From an uncultured Christensenellaceae bacterium (lineage in GTDB: Bacteria > Bacillota > Clostridia > Christensenellales > DTU072), in assembly GCA_964392385.1 (NCBI GenBank), contig CAYMPR010000004.1:1783-65094 (forward strand): DNA of 63,312 nt. The letters run 5' to 3'. Position numbers and translations under genes: made by a program. The notes below the pieces were generated by a model, which ran no database searches, was not told the DNA's origin, and was given only the letters and a program-made list of their open reading frames with translations. Of the stretch, positions 1-9,841 are shown piece by piece (the first letter of the stretch is position 1; every line of letters starts with the position of its first letter).

Positions 1-2
1 TT

Positions 3-1277
3 TTATAAGACTCGAATTAGCGAGTTTACTTTATGCACTTCAGGCAGTGACTCAATATCTTTTATTGCTTTATTTATTGCACTTTCCTGGGTGAAGTGAA
101 TCATAAATATAATATTAGCAGTTCCTTCTGAGGCGATTTGTTCAACGCTATTAATGGAAACTTCATATTTCCCAAATGAGGCTGCTATTTTTGCTAACAC
201 GCCTGGTTTATCCATAACATTCATTCTAACATAATATTCACACTCAAAATCTGTCTCAAAATCATCATCGTTTACTGCCTCATCTCTATTGTCAAATGAA
301 GATAATTTATGCGTTACTTGATGAGCACAGTATACAATGTCTGATACAATTGCTGAACCAGTTGGTAAATCCCCTGCACCTCTACCATATAACATAATAT
401 CTCCAACGTTATCACCATTTAACAAAACAGCATTAAAAGAACCTTTCACCGAGGCAAGAGGATTATCATTAGCAATAAAAGAAGGATGAACACGCACTTC
501 AATCTTCCCATCATTAAGTTTCCCGATTGCGAGAAGTTTTAGAGTGTATCCGAATTTCTTTCCATTCTCTATATCTATCTTGTCAATTTTGCTTATTCCC
601 TCTCTATATATTTTCCCAAGAGGAATTTTTTTATTGAAGCATAAAGAAGCTAAAATTGATAGCTTATACATGCTATCATATCCATCGACATCCGCACTAG
701 GATTTGCTTCAGCATATCCTAACTTTTGAGCCTCTTTTAGCACGCTTTCGTAATCTCTTCCTTCATCGGCCATCTTAGTAAGTATATAATTTGTAGTTCC
801 ATTCACTATTCCTTGTAAAGATTGTATGTTATTTCCTTGCATACTCTCGGTTAATGCTCTAATTATTGGAACACCGCCTACAGAAGTTGCTTCGAAATAT
901 ATTCCGCCTTTTCCTTCTTTTGCTGCTGCTTCAAATTCAGACCAATGCTTGGCAAACATTTCCTTATTAGCAGTTACAATACTTTTGCCAGCTTTAAGTG
1001 ACGCTATAAGAAAAGATCTTGCAGGTTCAATACCACCAAAGAACTCTGCAACTATAGATATTCTTTTGTCATTTAGAACATTATTAATGTCAGTTGATAC
1101 TATACTCGGATTTACTCCTAGCTGTTTTACTCTATCCATGTTTTTCTCAAGTACATGTAAAACCTCGACATCAATTCCTTCTGTCTTTTTAATTTTTTCT
1201 CTCATTTGCTGCAAGATACGATAAGTTCCACCACCTACAGTTCCTAGCCCTAATAATGCAACACCTATTTTTTTCAT
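3..1277 (-). CDS. hom: homoserine dehydrogenase
   Basis: N-terminal Rossmann motif IGVALLGLGTVGGG, homoserine-DH core and a C-terminal ACT-like module. Start set to ATG 1277 (AAGGAGAAG upstream) rather than the ORF-track GTG 1295. Confidence 0.9.
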   Translation of the reverse strand: MKKIGVALLGLGTVGGGTYRILQQMREKIKKTEGIDVEVLHVLEKNMDRVKQLGVNPSIVSTDINNVLNDKRISIVAEFFGGIEPARSFLIASLKAGKSIVTANKEMFAKHWSEFEAAAKEGKGGIYFEATSVGGVPIIRALTESMQGNNIQSLQGIVNGTTNYILTKMADEGRDYESVLKEAQKLGYAEANPSADVDGYDSMYKLSILASLCFNKKIPLGKIYREGISKIDKIDIENGKKFGYTLKLLAIGKLNDGKIEVRVHPSFIANDNPLASVKGSFNAVLLNGDNVGDIMLYGRGAGDLPTGSAIVSDIVYCAHQVTHKLSSFDNRDEAVNDDDFETDFECEYYVRMNVMDKPGVLAKIAASFGKYEVSINSVEQIASEGTANIIFMIHFTQESAINKAIKDIESLPEVHKVNSLIRVL

Positions 1278-1278
1278 T

Positions 1279-2058
1279 TTACTTCTCCTTGGCACTGTTT
1301 AAATCATATAAGATTTTCAGCCCTTTTAGCGACAATGCTCTATCAATTTTATCAAACAATTTTATTCCACTTACAAGTTCACTCATACCACCAGTTGCAA
1401 TTACTTTTAATTCTTCGTCATATCCACTCTCAAGCTTCATACCCTTAATTAATCCTTCCACTAGACCTCTAAAACCATAAATCAATCCTGACTGCATATT
1501 CGCTATAGTGGTTTTCCCAATAATATTTTCAGGTTTTATAAGCTCAATTCTTGGAAGCTTAGCGGCGGTATTTGTTAGAGCCTCCGCGCTTGATTTTATA
1601 CCAGGCGCAATGGCTCCACCCATAAAGACCCCGTCTGAAGAAACCATATTAAATGTTGTCGCACTTCCAAAATCGACAACAAGACAAGGTCCTCCATATA
1701 AGTGGTATGCTGCAACAGAATTAACAATTCTATCTGCTCCAAGCTCTTCTGGTACAGTATAGCCAATTTTAATACCTAATTTAGACTTACAAGAGACCAT
1801 TATAGGTTTAATTTTTATATAGTATGCACACATGTGCTCAATCGTATAATTTAATGCTGGTGCTACAGAACTTATAATAATCCCTTCTATATCAGCAAAT
1901 GATTTTTTTACATTCATTAATAAATCATAAAAAATCATCCCAAACTCATCAGCTGTTTTATTATGGTCACTAGCAACCCGCCATGTATATGTAATTTCCT
2001 CTTTTTCTAATAACCCAATTTTAATATTGGTATTACCCACATCAAGTAAAAGAATCAT
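1279..2058 (-). CDS. coaX: type III pantothenate kinase
   Basis: LDVGNTNIK, GADR, VVDFGSATT and ATGG motifs of the ASKHA-fold CoaX family. GGAGG RBS 6 nt upstream. Confidence 0.9.
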   Translation of the reverse strand: MILLLDVGNTNIKIGLLEKEEITYTWRVASDHNKTADEFGMIFYDLLMNVKKSFADIEGIIISSVAPALNYTIEHMCAYYIKIKPIMVSCKSKLGIKIGYTVPEELGADRIVNSVAAYHLYGGPCLVVDFGSATTFNMVSSDGVFMGGAIAPGIKSSAEALTNTAAKLPRIELIKPENIIGKTTIANMQSGLIYGFRGLVEGLIKGMKLESGYDEELKVIATGGMSELVSGIKLFDKIDRALSLKGLKILYDLNSAKEK

Positions 2059-2137
2059 AATATGCCTCCATAACTAGTTTCGATATTAGCATAATTAAGG
2101 GTGTTAAGTCAATTCAAGCACGTTCTATATAAAAAGG

Positions 2138-2170
2138 ATAAAAAAACCGTCGGGTTTTTCCCGACGGTTT
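2138..2170 (-). terminator. intrinsic terminator after rplQ
   Basis: Minus strand reads AACCGTCGGG-AAAAA-CCCGACGGTT followed by TTTTTAT. This is a 10-bp GC-rich stem 18 nt after the rplQ stop. Confidence 0.8.
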
Positions 2171-2187
2171 GAGATAAACTTTTACAA

Positions 2188-2703
2188 TTAGTCAATAAGT
2201 TCAATGATACACATTTCAGCATCATCGCCCCTACGATTGCCAAGGCTTATAATCCTTGTATAGCCGCCATATGTTCCTTTCTCTTTAGCTCTAGCAGCAT
2301 ATTTGGGCGCATATTCACGGAAAATCTTTTCAATCAATGGATGAGATACATCGGCTGTTCTCTCTTTGAAGTCAGCTTTTTTCTCTTTAGCTCCCTGAAT
2401 CTCTTGGATATCTCTAAGAGAAGCCATCATTTTCCTGCGTGCAGCAAGTTTTCTAGGCCCATCGTTGACATATTCAACTTTAATTGTTTCTTCTTTTTGA
2501 TTTAATTTGTCTTTATTTACCTTTATAGTGTCCTCGTAGGTTTTGACGCCTAAATTAACCATTTTCTCAGCAATCCTGCTGACAGATTTAGCTCTATCTA
2601 CGGTAGTCTCGAGTTTTCCATACCACAGCAACTCGCTAGCTTGATTTTTCAAGATATAAAGCCTTATATCTGTTCTTTTCCCTAGTTTCTTATTCTTAGC
2701 CAT
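2188..2703 (-). CDS. rplQ: 50S ribosomal protein L17 (expanded form, 171 aa)
   Basis: KLGR N-terminus and the GGYTRI...RRGDDAEMCIIEL C-terminal L17 signature. Sits after rpoA. About 50 aa longer than the usual ~115-120 aa. Confidence 0.9.
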   Translation of the reverse strand: MAKNKKLGKRTDIRLYILKNQASELLWYGKLETTVDRAKSVSRIAEKMVNLGVKTYEDTIKVNKDKLNQKEETIKVEYVNDGPRKLAARRKMMASLRDIQEIQGAKEKKADFKERTADVSHPLIEKIFREYAPKYAARAKEKGTYGGYTRIISLGNRRGDDAEMCIIELID

Positions 2704-2715
2704 TTCCTTTTCTCC

Positions 2716-3672
2716 TTAGTCTTCCTTGGTCTTAAGGGACAAACCCATTGCATTAAGTTTCTCAATAACTTCTTCTAAAGATTTCTTACCAAGGTTTTTA
2801 ACTTTAAGCATATCTTCTTCAGTATTCTTCAATAAATCTTCAATTGTAAATATTCCTGCTCTTTTCAAGCAATTTAATGGTCTAACGGATAATTCAAGCT
2901 CTTCAATGCTTTTTTTATCAAAGTCTGTCTTGGTCTGATCAATTCCATCTGGTACAAAAATAGGTATATCTTTCATTCCTGAAACTAGATTAATAAACAA
3001 ATTTAAATGTTCATTCAGTAATTTGGCAGCAAGAGACATAATCTCTTTTGCACTTATTGAGCCATTCGTTGTAACAAAAAGCTTGAGTTTGTCATAATCA
3101 ATAGATTGCTCAACACGTGTGCTAGAAACCTCGTATCTTACCGACTTGATAGGCGAAAACAAACTGTCAATAGGGATATAGCCAATGGCTGATTTTGGGT
3201 TTTTATTATCTTTTGCAGATTTATATCCTCTTCCAGCACCTATTGTTAACTCTACATCTAAATTTGCCTTATCTTCAAGAGAGCATATATAAGCCTCTTT
3301 GTTTGTAATTTCTACTCCAGAAGGTACTTGTATATCACCCGCGCACACTGTTCCAGAAACATTTTTAGAAAGTTTAACTACTATATTATCAAATTTTTCG
3401 GGATCTGTTACCTTAATAGCAACTTCTTTTAGATTCAATATTATTTCCATAACATCTTCTCTAACACCCTCAATAGTGGAATATTCATGTTGAACACCAT
3501 GAAATTTTACTCCAATTATTGCAACTCCAGGTAGTGCGGTACTCAGAACTCTACGTAAGCTGTTACCTAATGTTATCCCATTTCCACGTTCGAGTGGTTC
3601 AACGGTGAAAACAGCCTCTGCTCCATTCTTAAACTCTTCAACTAAAATCCTAGGTTTAATAACTTCCATCAT
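2716..3672 (-). CDS. rpoA: DNA-directed RNA polymerase subunit alpha
   Basis: Alpha NTD (LERGNGITLGNSLRRVL) and alpha CTD (ELELSVRPLNCLKRAGI) motifs. Canonical position after rpsD. Confidence 0.97.
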   Translation of the reverse strand: MMEVIKPRILVEEFKNGAEAVFTVEPLERGNGITLGNSLRRVLSTALPGVAIIGVKFHGVQHEYSTIEGVREDVMEIILNLKEVAIKVTDPEKFDNIVVKLSKNVSGTVCAGDIQVPSGVEITNKEAYICSLEDKANLDVELTIGAGRGYKSAKDNKNPKSAIGYIPIDSLFSPIKSVRYEVSSTRVEQSIDYDKLKLFVTTNGSISAKEIMSLAAKLLNEHLNLFINLVSGMKDIPIFVPDGIDQTKTDFDKKSIEELELSVRPLNCLKRAGIFTIEDLLKNTEEDMLKVKNLGKKSLEEVIEKLNAMGLSLKTKED

Positions 3673-3690
3673 AAAGATTTTTCCTCCAAC

Positions 3691-4314
3691 TTATTTCGAA
3701 TATAATTCGACTATCATATGTTCTGCTACTTGAACATCTATATCTGCCCTTGTAGGCATCGCCTCTACTTTTCCGCTAAGTGTCATGGGATCAAAAGATA
3801 GCCATTTGGGAATATTTGTTACTTTCTGTGTTTTTAAATCCTTGAAAAACGGCTTTTCTTGCTTATTTAATTTTATAGAAATGACATCGCCAAGCTTAAC
3901 TAAATAGGATGGAATATCTACCTTCTCATTATTAACACAAATGTGTCCATGGCCAACTAATTGCCTCGCTTGATATCTGCTTGAAGCTATTCCCATGCGA
4001 TAAACTATATTGTCTAGTCTTCTTTCAATTAGAATCAACATTAACTCGCCCGTAACACCTCTCATGTTTGCGGCTTTGTTGTAATAACTATGGAATTGAC
4101 CTTCCATCAATCCATATGTTCTCTTTGTTTTTTGCTTCTCTCTAAGCTGTATGCTGTATGCTGTGGGTTTCTTTCTTGAAGCGCCATGTTGGCCGGGGGG
4201 CACTGGGCTCTTATTAAAAGAACAACTTGCACTCAAACACCTGTCTCCTTTTAGAAACAATTTGCATCCTTCTCTTCTGCATAGCTTGCAGACAGGTCCT
4301 GTATATTTTGCCAT
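3691..4314 (-). CDS. rpsD: 30S ribosomal protein S4
   Basis: MAKYTGPVCKLCRREG N-terminus and S4 domain RLDNIVYRMG. ATG 4314 chosen; the longer ORF-track start overlaps rpsK. Confidence 0.95.
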   Translation of the reverse strand: MAKYTGPVCKLCRREGCKLFLKGDRCLSASCSFNKSPVPPGQHGASRKKPTAYSIQLREKQKTKRTYGLMEGQFHSYYNKAANMRGVTGELMLILIERRLDNIVYRMGIASSRYQARQLVGHGHICVNNEKVDIPSYLVKLGDVISIKLNKQEKPFFKDLKTQKVTNIPKWLSFDPMTLSGKVEAMPTRADIDVQVAEHMIVELYSK

Positions 4315-4331
4315 ATTAATTTCCTCCTGAA

Positions 4332-4727
4332 TTATAACCTTCTGACTTTTGGTGGGCGACAACCGTTGTGAGGTATTGGTGAAACATCTCTTATCATCGT
4401 TACCTCTAACTCGCATTTTTCAAATGCTCTAATTGCTGACTCTCTTCCTTGGCCAGGGCCTTTGATATAAACCTCAACAGTGCGTAACCCATGTTCCTTG
4501 GCGATTTTCGCAGCATCCTCTGCAACAAGTTGTGCTGCATAGGGAGTTGCCTTTCTACTTCCCTTCATCCCAAGCTTCCCCGAAGAAGACCAGCTAATCG
4601 TTTCACCGTTCATATCGGTTATAGTTACTATAGTATTATTGAAAGACGCATGCACATGTGCCTGCCCCTTTTCAATATTTTTCAAATCTTTTCTTCTTTT
4701 TATAGCGGTCCTTTTGATTGCTGCCAT
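4332..4727 (-). CDS. rpsK: 30S ribosomal protein S11
   Basis: [18 protein letters not shown] and the basic C-terminus of S11. AGGAGG RBS. Confidence 0.97.
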   Translation of the reverse strand: MAAIKRTAIKRRKDLKNIEKGQAHVHASFNNTIVTITDMNGETISWSSSGKLGMKGSRKATPYAAQLVAEDAAKIAKEHGLRTVEVYIKGPGQGRESAIRAFEKCELEVTMIRDVSPIPHNGCRPPKVRRL

Positions 4728-4740
4728 AAAATCCTCCTAA

Positions 4741-5118
4741 TTACTTTTCTATTTTTTTAGCGCGACCTACTGTACGTTTTGGACCTTTACGAGTACGAGC
4801 ATTTGTTTTGCTTCTTTGCCCTCTTACTGGTAAACCTTTTCTGTGTCTAACGCCACGATAACATCCTATGTCTTGTAATCTTTTAATATTTTGACTTACT
4901 TCGGTTCTAAGAGTTCCTTCTACTCTAAAATTATTTTCGATATATCCACGGATTTTAACAACATCGTCTTCAGATAAATCTTTCACACGAACATTAGGAT
5001 CCACTTTGCAAATCTCTAAAATTTTGTTTGCGGTAACCCTACCAATCCCAAAGATATAGGTTAATCCTATTTCCACTCTCTTCTCACGGGGTAAATCCAC
5101 ACCTGCAATACGAGCCAT
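4741..5118 (-). CDS. rpsM: 30S ribosomal protein S13
   Basis: [26 protein letters not shown] is the S13 signature. GGAGG RBS. Confidence 0.97.
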   Translation of the reverse strand: MARIAGVDLPREKRVEIGLTYIFGIGRVTANKILEICKVDPNVRVKDLSEDDVVKIRGYIENNFRVEGTLRTEVSQNIKRLQDIGCYRGVRHRKGLPVRGQRSKTNARTRKGPKRTVGRAKKIEK

Positions 5119-5160
5119 TTAATAACCTCCATAATGATCTTTCTTTATATATATTGTTTC

Positions 5161-5215
5161 GCCAGGTGAAACCCTTAGTCGTTTCTGGGCTCAGCCGCCC
5201 CAGCGAATTATTGCC
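5161..5215 (-). promoter_or_regulatory. structured GC-rich 5' leader of the alpha operon (candidate S4 autoregulatory element)
   Basis: Minus strand shows an outer helix TTCGC/GCGAA enclosing hairpins CTGGG-GCGGCTGAG-CCCAG and GAAAC-GACTAAGG-GTTTC. It is an isolated GC-rich island in an AT-rich 180-nt rpmJ-rpsM spacer. Confidence 0.4.
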
Positions 5216-5236
5216 TTTTTTCAAATCAACTGCGAA

Positions 5237-5265
5237 AGTATATCACATACATTGTTTAATCGCAA
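5237..5265 (-). promoter_or_regulatory. sigma-70/SigA-type promoter upstream of rpsM
   Basis: Minus strand TTGCGA, 17 nt, TATACT, preceded by TGA (extended -10). Confidence 0.6.
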
Positions 5266-5298
5266 TTAAAATATTTCACACTTACTATAAAATGTTAA

Positions 5299-5415
5299 TT
5301 ACCCTTGTACTTGTTTATGATTGGGATATTTAGAACAAATAACCATAACTTTGCCATTTCTCCTAATTACCTTACATTTGTCGCACATAGGTTTTACTGA
5401 TGGTCTGACTTTCAT
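5299..5415 (-). CDS. rpmJ: 50S ribosomal protein L36 (zinc-binding form)
   Basis: Not in the ORF track (38 aa). Hand translation gives [38 protein letters not shown] with the C-C-C-H ligand pattern. Canonical slot after infA. Confidence 0.95.
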   Translation of the reverse strand: MKVRPSVKPMCDKCKVIRRNGKVMVICSKYPNHKQVQG

Positions 5416-5427
5416 ATTTCTTCCCTC

Positions 5428-5649
5428 CTAGTTTTTGTTTCTGTAAACAATTCTTCCTTGCGTAAAATCATATTGACTAAAAGCTACTCGAACGCTATCT
5501 CCTTCACATACTTTCACAAAGTGTTGTCTCATCTTCCCAGCCAAGTATGCAATTACAATACGTCCACTTTTCAGTTCAACCCTAAATTTTGTTCCGGGCA
5601 ATACATCAATTACAGTGCCTTCTTCTTCTATTTGATTTTCTTTTGACAT
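5428..5649 (-). CDS. infA: translation initiation factor IF-1
   Basis: S1-like OB fold, 73 aa, with the typical IF-1 sequence GRIVYRNK at the C-terminus. Confidence 0.97.
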   Translation of the reverse strand: MSKENQIEEEGTVIDVLPGTKFRVELKSGRIVIAYLAGKMRQHFVKVCEGDSVRVAFSQYDFTQGRIVYRNKN

Positions 5650-5665
5650 CCAATTACTCCTGTCT

Positions 5666-5947
5666 CTATACAGATCCGTTATAAGCTTTTAATGCACTCT
5701 TTATCTCTGCATCAAATATTTTCTTTTCTAGCTCCAACTTTTCTTTGATTTTCTCTATTATTATCCCTTCAGTTCTTAAGTGCTTGATCTTTTTTGTTTT
5801 AGGTTTATCTACTCTCCTTAAGTCACCATCTGATATACTTACATATTCATCATCGATTATTTCGACAACCACATAAAATTTCCCGGAATCTCTGCCAGCT
5901 ACAGAAAATACTATTTCTCCTAGTTCAAGCGATTTAGGTGTCTTCAT
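5666..5947 (-). CDS. KOW-domain RNA-binding protein (YbzG-like)
   Basis: [19 protein letters not shown] is a KOW motif. Occupies the conserved Firmicute slot between map and infA. Confidence 0.7.
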   Translation of the reverse strand: MKTPKSLELGEIVFSVAGRDSGKFYVVVEIIDDEYVSISDGDLRRVDKPKTKKIKHLRTEGIIIEKIKEKLELEKKIFDAEIKSALKAYNGSV

Positions 5948-5952
5948 TTTTC

Positions 5953-6696
5953 TTATAACGTCAGTATTTCGACGCCATCCTCTCTTATTACTACAGTATT
6001 TTCATAATGTGCAGATGGTTCGCCATCAAGTGTTACAACTGTCCAGTTATCCTCAAGTACTTTAATCTTTCTAGTACCAACATTAATCATAGGTTCTATA
6101 GCAATTGTCATATTTGTTGAAAGCCTTAACCCTCTTCCTTTGACGCCGTAGTTTGGTACACTTGGATCTTCATGTAGTTCAGTTCCTATACCATGTCCTA
6201 CTAGCTCTCTAACGACACTAAATCCATTTGATTCAACGTAACTCTGGATGTTATATCCTAGGTCACCGAGTCTTACTCCATCCTTTAATATCGATATTCC
6301 ACGAAAGAAACTTTCTTTACATACTTCCATAAGATGCTTCTTTTTTTGCGATATATCGCCAATTGCAAAGGTTCTAGCTGCATCTGCATGAAATCCTCCC
6401 ACCGATGCACCTGCATCAATTTTCAGTATCATGCCATCTTCTATTATTCTTGACGAAGGAATCCCATGAACTACTTCCTCATCAATGGATGTGCATATCG
6501 AGCTTGGGAAACCGCCATAACCCAGAAATGAAGGCGAAGCATTACACTTTTTGATATAATCGTAAGCAATTGCATCCAGTTTTCTTGTGGTAACACCTTG
6601 CTTTGCGTTTTCCCCTACTATTTCTAGAACATCACGAACAATTGCACCAGCTTTTTTCATTAAAGCTATTTCTTGCTCGCTTTTAATGGTTAGCAT
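5953..6696 (-). CDS. map: type I methionine aminopeptidase
   Basis: Pita-bread fold metal ligands (VVHGIP, DAG, GHGIG, EPM, HYENT). Confidence 0.95.
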   Translation of the reverse strand: MLTIKSEQEIALMKKAGAIVRDVLEIVGENAKQGVTTRKLDAIAYDYIKKCNASPSFLGYGGFPSSICTSIDEEVVHGIPSSRIIEDGMILKIDAGASVGGFHADAARTFAIGDISQKKKHLMEVCKESFFRGISILKDGVRLGDLGYNIQSYVESNGFSVVRELVGHGIGTELHEDPSVPNYGVKGRGLRLSTNMTIAIEPMINVGTRKIKVLEDNWTVVTLDGEPSAHYENTVVIREDGVEILTL

Positions 6697-7309
6697 CTAA
6701 CAAAGCCTTTTTTAGATTCACGAAGGTATCATCTACAGTTTCACTACCATCGATTCTAATAATTAAACCTTTCTTTTCATAATAAGCCAGTAGTGGTGCT
6801 GTGTTTTTCTCATAAACCTCAAGTCTTTTTAAGACAGTCTCTTCTTTATCATCGTCTCTTATGAAGAGCTCTTTACCACATTTTTCACATTTATTAGAAA
6901 AATATGAACTAGTGTTATAGGTTGCCCCACAAGAACACATTCTTCTGCCAGATATTCTTTTAACTATTACTGAATAATCTACATCTATAACTATTACATA
7001 ATCAAGCTTTGATATTTTGCCAAGATATTCAGCTTGGTTGATCGTCCTTGGATACCCATCAAGTATATATCCCTTTTCACAATCTTTTTGGGAAATTCTA
7101 TCAGCTACGATTTTATCGACAACTTCATCAGGGACTAGCAATCCTTTCTCGATGAACTTTTTCGCATCAATTCCTAGTTGAGTGCCATTTTTAATGTTTG
7201 CCCTTAGCACATCTCCAGTTGAGATATGGGGAATTCCATAATAAGAGGACATAACAACTGCTTGCGAACCTTTGCCAGCTCCAGGAGCACCTAAAAGTAC
7301 TATATTCAT
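6683..7309 (-). CDS. adk: adenylate kinase (zinc-lid form)
   Basis: P-loop GAPGAGKGSQ. The lid carries CSCG...CEKCG (Cys4). Confidence 0.95.
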   Translation of the reverse strand: MNIVLLGAPGAGKGSQAVVMSSYYGIPHISTGDVLRANIKNGTQLGIDAKKFIEKGLLVPDEVVDKIVADRISQKDCEKGYILDGYPRTINQAEYLGKISKLDYVIVIDVDYSVIVKRISGRRMCSCGATYNTSSYFSNKCEKCGKELFIRDDDKEETVLKRLEVYEKNTAPLLAYYEKKGLIIRIDGSETVDDTFVNLKKALLDANH

Positions 7310-8655
7310 TATTTCAAAAATCCTTTATTGTTTTTAACCAACAATTGACCTTGGAGTTGTTTGTCAAATTCAAGAGCAACTGAAACTACTATCAATAATC
7401 CTGTCGCAGAGAAAGCTTGGCCAAAGCCTAAATCTGCAAAACCATCAACTTGTTGTAAAATCAATGTAGGTATGAGCGCTATAGTTGCCAAAAATAATGC
7501 TCCAAAAAGTGTTAGACGGTTATTAATTCTTCTTAGATATTCAGCTGTCTGTTTGCCAGGAGAAATACCACCAACTAAAGTACCACCTCTCTCTTTAAGG
7601 TTTTTGGCGACATCATCTGGGTCAAATTGAATTTGGGCATAAAAATATGCAAAGAAAATAATCAACAAGAACATAAAAGGTGCATATAGGTTGCCGTTAG
7701 TACCCATCCATTCCGACCAAAATAGACCAAATTTAGAAGTGCTCCATCCACCAAATTGAATTATCATTTGTGGAAACATGATTAATGATGAGGCAAATAT
7801 TATTGGCATAACTCCGCCAGCACTAACCTTTAGAGGAATATATGTAGTTTGTGATTGAGTTTGGCGATTCCCAACAATTCTTCCGCCAGAATATATAACT
7901 CCCACTCTTCTTTCTGACATATCTACATACACTATTACAAGAATAAGCAAGAAGATTATCGCAAAGAATCCAAGAAGAAACCATATACCAGTTGTTGTTC
8001 CATTTTTCACTTGGTTTGGAATAGTAATTGAAGCAGCGCTTAAAATAGTCGATCCTAATGATGAAACAATACCAATAAAGATTATTAGAGAAGTTCCGTT
8101 GCCAACGCCATATTCTGTGATCCTTTCACCTATCCACATAACTAGAGATGATCCACCAACTAAGATTACAACGATACAAATCATTGTAAATATCTCATTA
8201 ACTTTAAGAGTTGCATCATCAAGTGTAGCGCCAAAAACTGGTGCAATATAATCTCTCCAAACAAACATTATCCCAATCGCCTGAACAAGAGCCAGTAAAA
8301 TTGCTAAATATCTTGTATATTGAGTAATCTTTTTACGTCCTTCTTCGCCTTCTTTAGCAAGTTTGCCTAACCTAGGAATAATCAAAGTAAGAAGCTCCAT
8401 TATGATGTATGAATTTATAAAGGGAACAATTCCTAAAGCAAAAATAGTACCATTAGAAAAAGCTGACCCAGTTACAGTAGACAATAGTTGCAAAAAGTCA
8501 TTATTTGCAATACTAGTTAATCCCATCGCTTGGACATCCAATCCTGGAATTGGGACAAAACACCCTATTCTATACATCAAAAGTAATCCCAATGTAAGCA
8601 GGATTTTTTTCCTTATTTCGTTATCTTTTAATGCGTTAATAATTGTTCTAAACAT
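7309..8655 (-). CDS. secY: preprotein translocase subunit SecY
   Basis: 10-TM protein in the canonical rplO-secY-adk position. TAATG overlaps at both ends. Confidence 0.97.
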   Translation of the reverse strand: MFRTIINALKDNEIRKKILLTLGLLLMYRIGCFVPIPGLDVQAMGLTSIANNDFLQLLSTVTGSAFSNGTIFALGIVPFINSYIIMELLTLIIPRLGKLAKEGEEGRKKITQYTRYLAILLALVQAIGIMFVWRDYIAPVFGATLDDATLKVNEIFTMICIVVILVGGSSLVMWIGERITEYGVGNGTSLIIFIGIVSSLGSTILSAASITIPNQVKNGTTTGIWFLLGFFAIIFLLILVIVYVDMSERRVGVIYSGGRIVGNRQTQSQTTYIPLKVSAGGVMPIIFASSLIMFPQMIIQFGGWSTSKFGLFWSEWMGTNGNLYAPFMFLLIIFFAYFYAQIQFDPDDVAKNLKERGGTLVGGISPGKQTAEYLRRINNRLTLFGALFLATIALIPTLILQQVDGFADLGFGQAFSATGLLIVVSVALEFDKQLQGQLLVKNNKGFLK

Positions 8656-9098
8656 TAAATTACCTCTATTTTTCCGCCTACCTTTTCAATTTTTTCAGAA
8701 GCAGTTTTTGAAAACTTTGCTGCTTTCACAGTAATTGCCTTACTCAGTTCGCCATCGCCTAAAACCTTTAATCCAGCAGCTTCTATTTTGCCTACAATAC
8801 CCATATCATGAAGAGTTTCGAGATCGATTATTGAGCCAGCCTCAAAACATTCTAAAGATCCAACATTTACAATAGTATACTCAACTCTAAACTGACTGTT
8901 AAACCCACGTTTCGGTATTCTTCTAGTAAGAGGCATTTGTCCACCTTCAAATCCAGGACGAACTCCACCTCCACTTCTTGCCCATTGTCCCTTATGTCCT
9001 TTACAGCTTGTCTTGCCATGACCTGAGCCTATTCCTCTACCAATTCTTTTGGAAGATTTAACTGCGCCATCCGCAGGAGCAATTGAATTTAATTTCAT
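8655..9098 (-). CDS. rplO: 50S ribosomal protein L15
   Basis: Glycine/basic-rich N-terminus GRGIGSGHGKTSCKGHKGQ. Confidence 0.95.
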   Translation of the reverse strand: MKLNSIAPADGAVKSSKRIGRGIGSGHGKTSCKGHKGQWARSGGGVRPGFEGGQMPLTRRIPKRGFNSQFRVEYTIVNVGSLECFEAGSIIDLETLHDMGIVGKIEAAGLKVLGDGELSKAITVKAAKFSKTASEKIEKVGGKIEVI

Positions 9099-9111
9099 AT
9101 TTCTTCTCCTA

Positions 9112-9294
9112 TTATTTAACTTCTTCGACTTGAACCAAATGTTTGACTTTGAAAATCATTCCTCTTATCACAACATTATCTTCATGTATTTTTGACTGTC
9201 CAATTTTATGAAGGCCCAATGCTAAAACCGTGTCTTTGTGGTTTTTAAGGGATCCAATGGTGCTTTTCATTAGTGTTACTTTAATTTGTGCCAT
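9112..9294 (-). CDS. rpmD: 50S ribosomal protein L30
   Basis: 60 aa, [11 protein letters not shown]...LGLHKIG. Confidence 0.93.
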   Translation of the reverse strand: MAQIKVTLMKSTIGSLKNHKDTVLALGLHKIGQSKIHEDNVVIRGMIFKVKHLVQVEEVK

Positions 9295-9306
9295 CGTTAA
9301 CCTCCG

Positions 9307-9831
9307 TTATCCAATAATCTCTTCAACTGTTTTCCCGCGAAGAGCAGCAACTTGTTCGAGCGTTCTAAGATTTCTAAGCCCTTCTACTGTCGCTTTAACA
9401 CAATTAGTTGGGTTGTTAGTTCCTATTGACTTAGTCCTAATGTCTGATATTCCACATGCTTCGAGTACCGCACGCACTGGTCCACCAGCAATAACGCCAG
9501 CTCCTTGTTCTGCAGGTATCATTATTACTTTGCCCGTTCCAAAAACCCCTATTACTTCGTGAGGGATTGTGGTCCCTTTTCTTGAAACCGTAAACATTTC
9601 ACGTTCAGCTGTTTTTTGCGCTTTGGAAATAGCCTCTTGAACTTCCTTGGCTTTTCCAACGGCACATCCGACTTTCCCCATTCCATCGCCTACTACTACT
9701 AGAGCCGTAAACCTCATATTTCTGCCACCTTTGACAACTTTTGCTACACGCTTAATATCAACGGTCTTTACTATAAGGTCATCTTTGGGATCTTTATTGA
9801 ATCTATCTTTGTTATTTTCATTCCTTGCCAT
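9307..9831 (-). CDS. rpsE: 30S ribosomal protein S5
   Basis: [17 protein letters not shown] and the S5 C-terminal domain. ATG 9831 chosen, because the ORF-track start overlaps rplR. Confidence 0.95.
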   Translation of the reverse strand: MARNENNKDRFNKDPKDDLIVKTVDIKRVAKVVKGGRNMRFTALVVVGDGMGKVGCAVGKAKEVQEAISKAQKTAEREMFTVSRKGTTIPHEVIGVFGTGKVIMIPAEQGAGVIAGGPVRAVLEACGISDIRTKSIGTNNPTNCVKATVEGLRNLRTLEQVAALRGKTVEEIIG

Positions 9832-9841
9832 ATCTTTTCTC

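Noticed and set aside
3691-4416. Longer ORF-track versions of rpsD, rpsE, rplX, rpsQ, hom, tyrS, gap, prs, pgk, the MBL hydrolase and the symporter
   Set aside because: The upstream extensions begin at TTG/GTG or at ATG codons without an RBS. They overlap the preceding gene and add non-homologous residues. An internal ATG with a GGAGG-type RBS matches the family N-terminus in each case.
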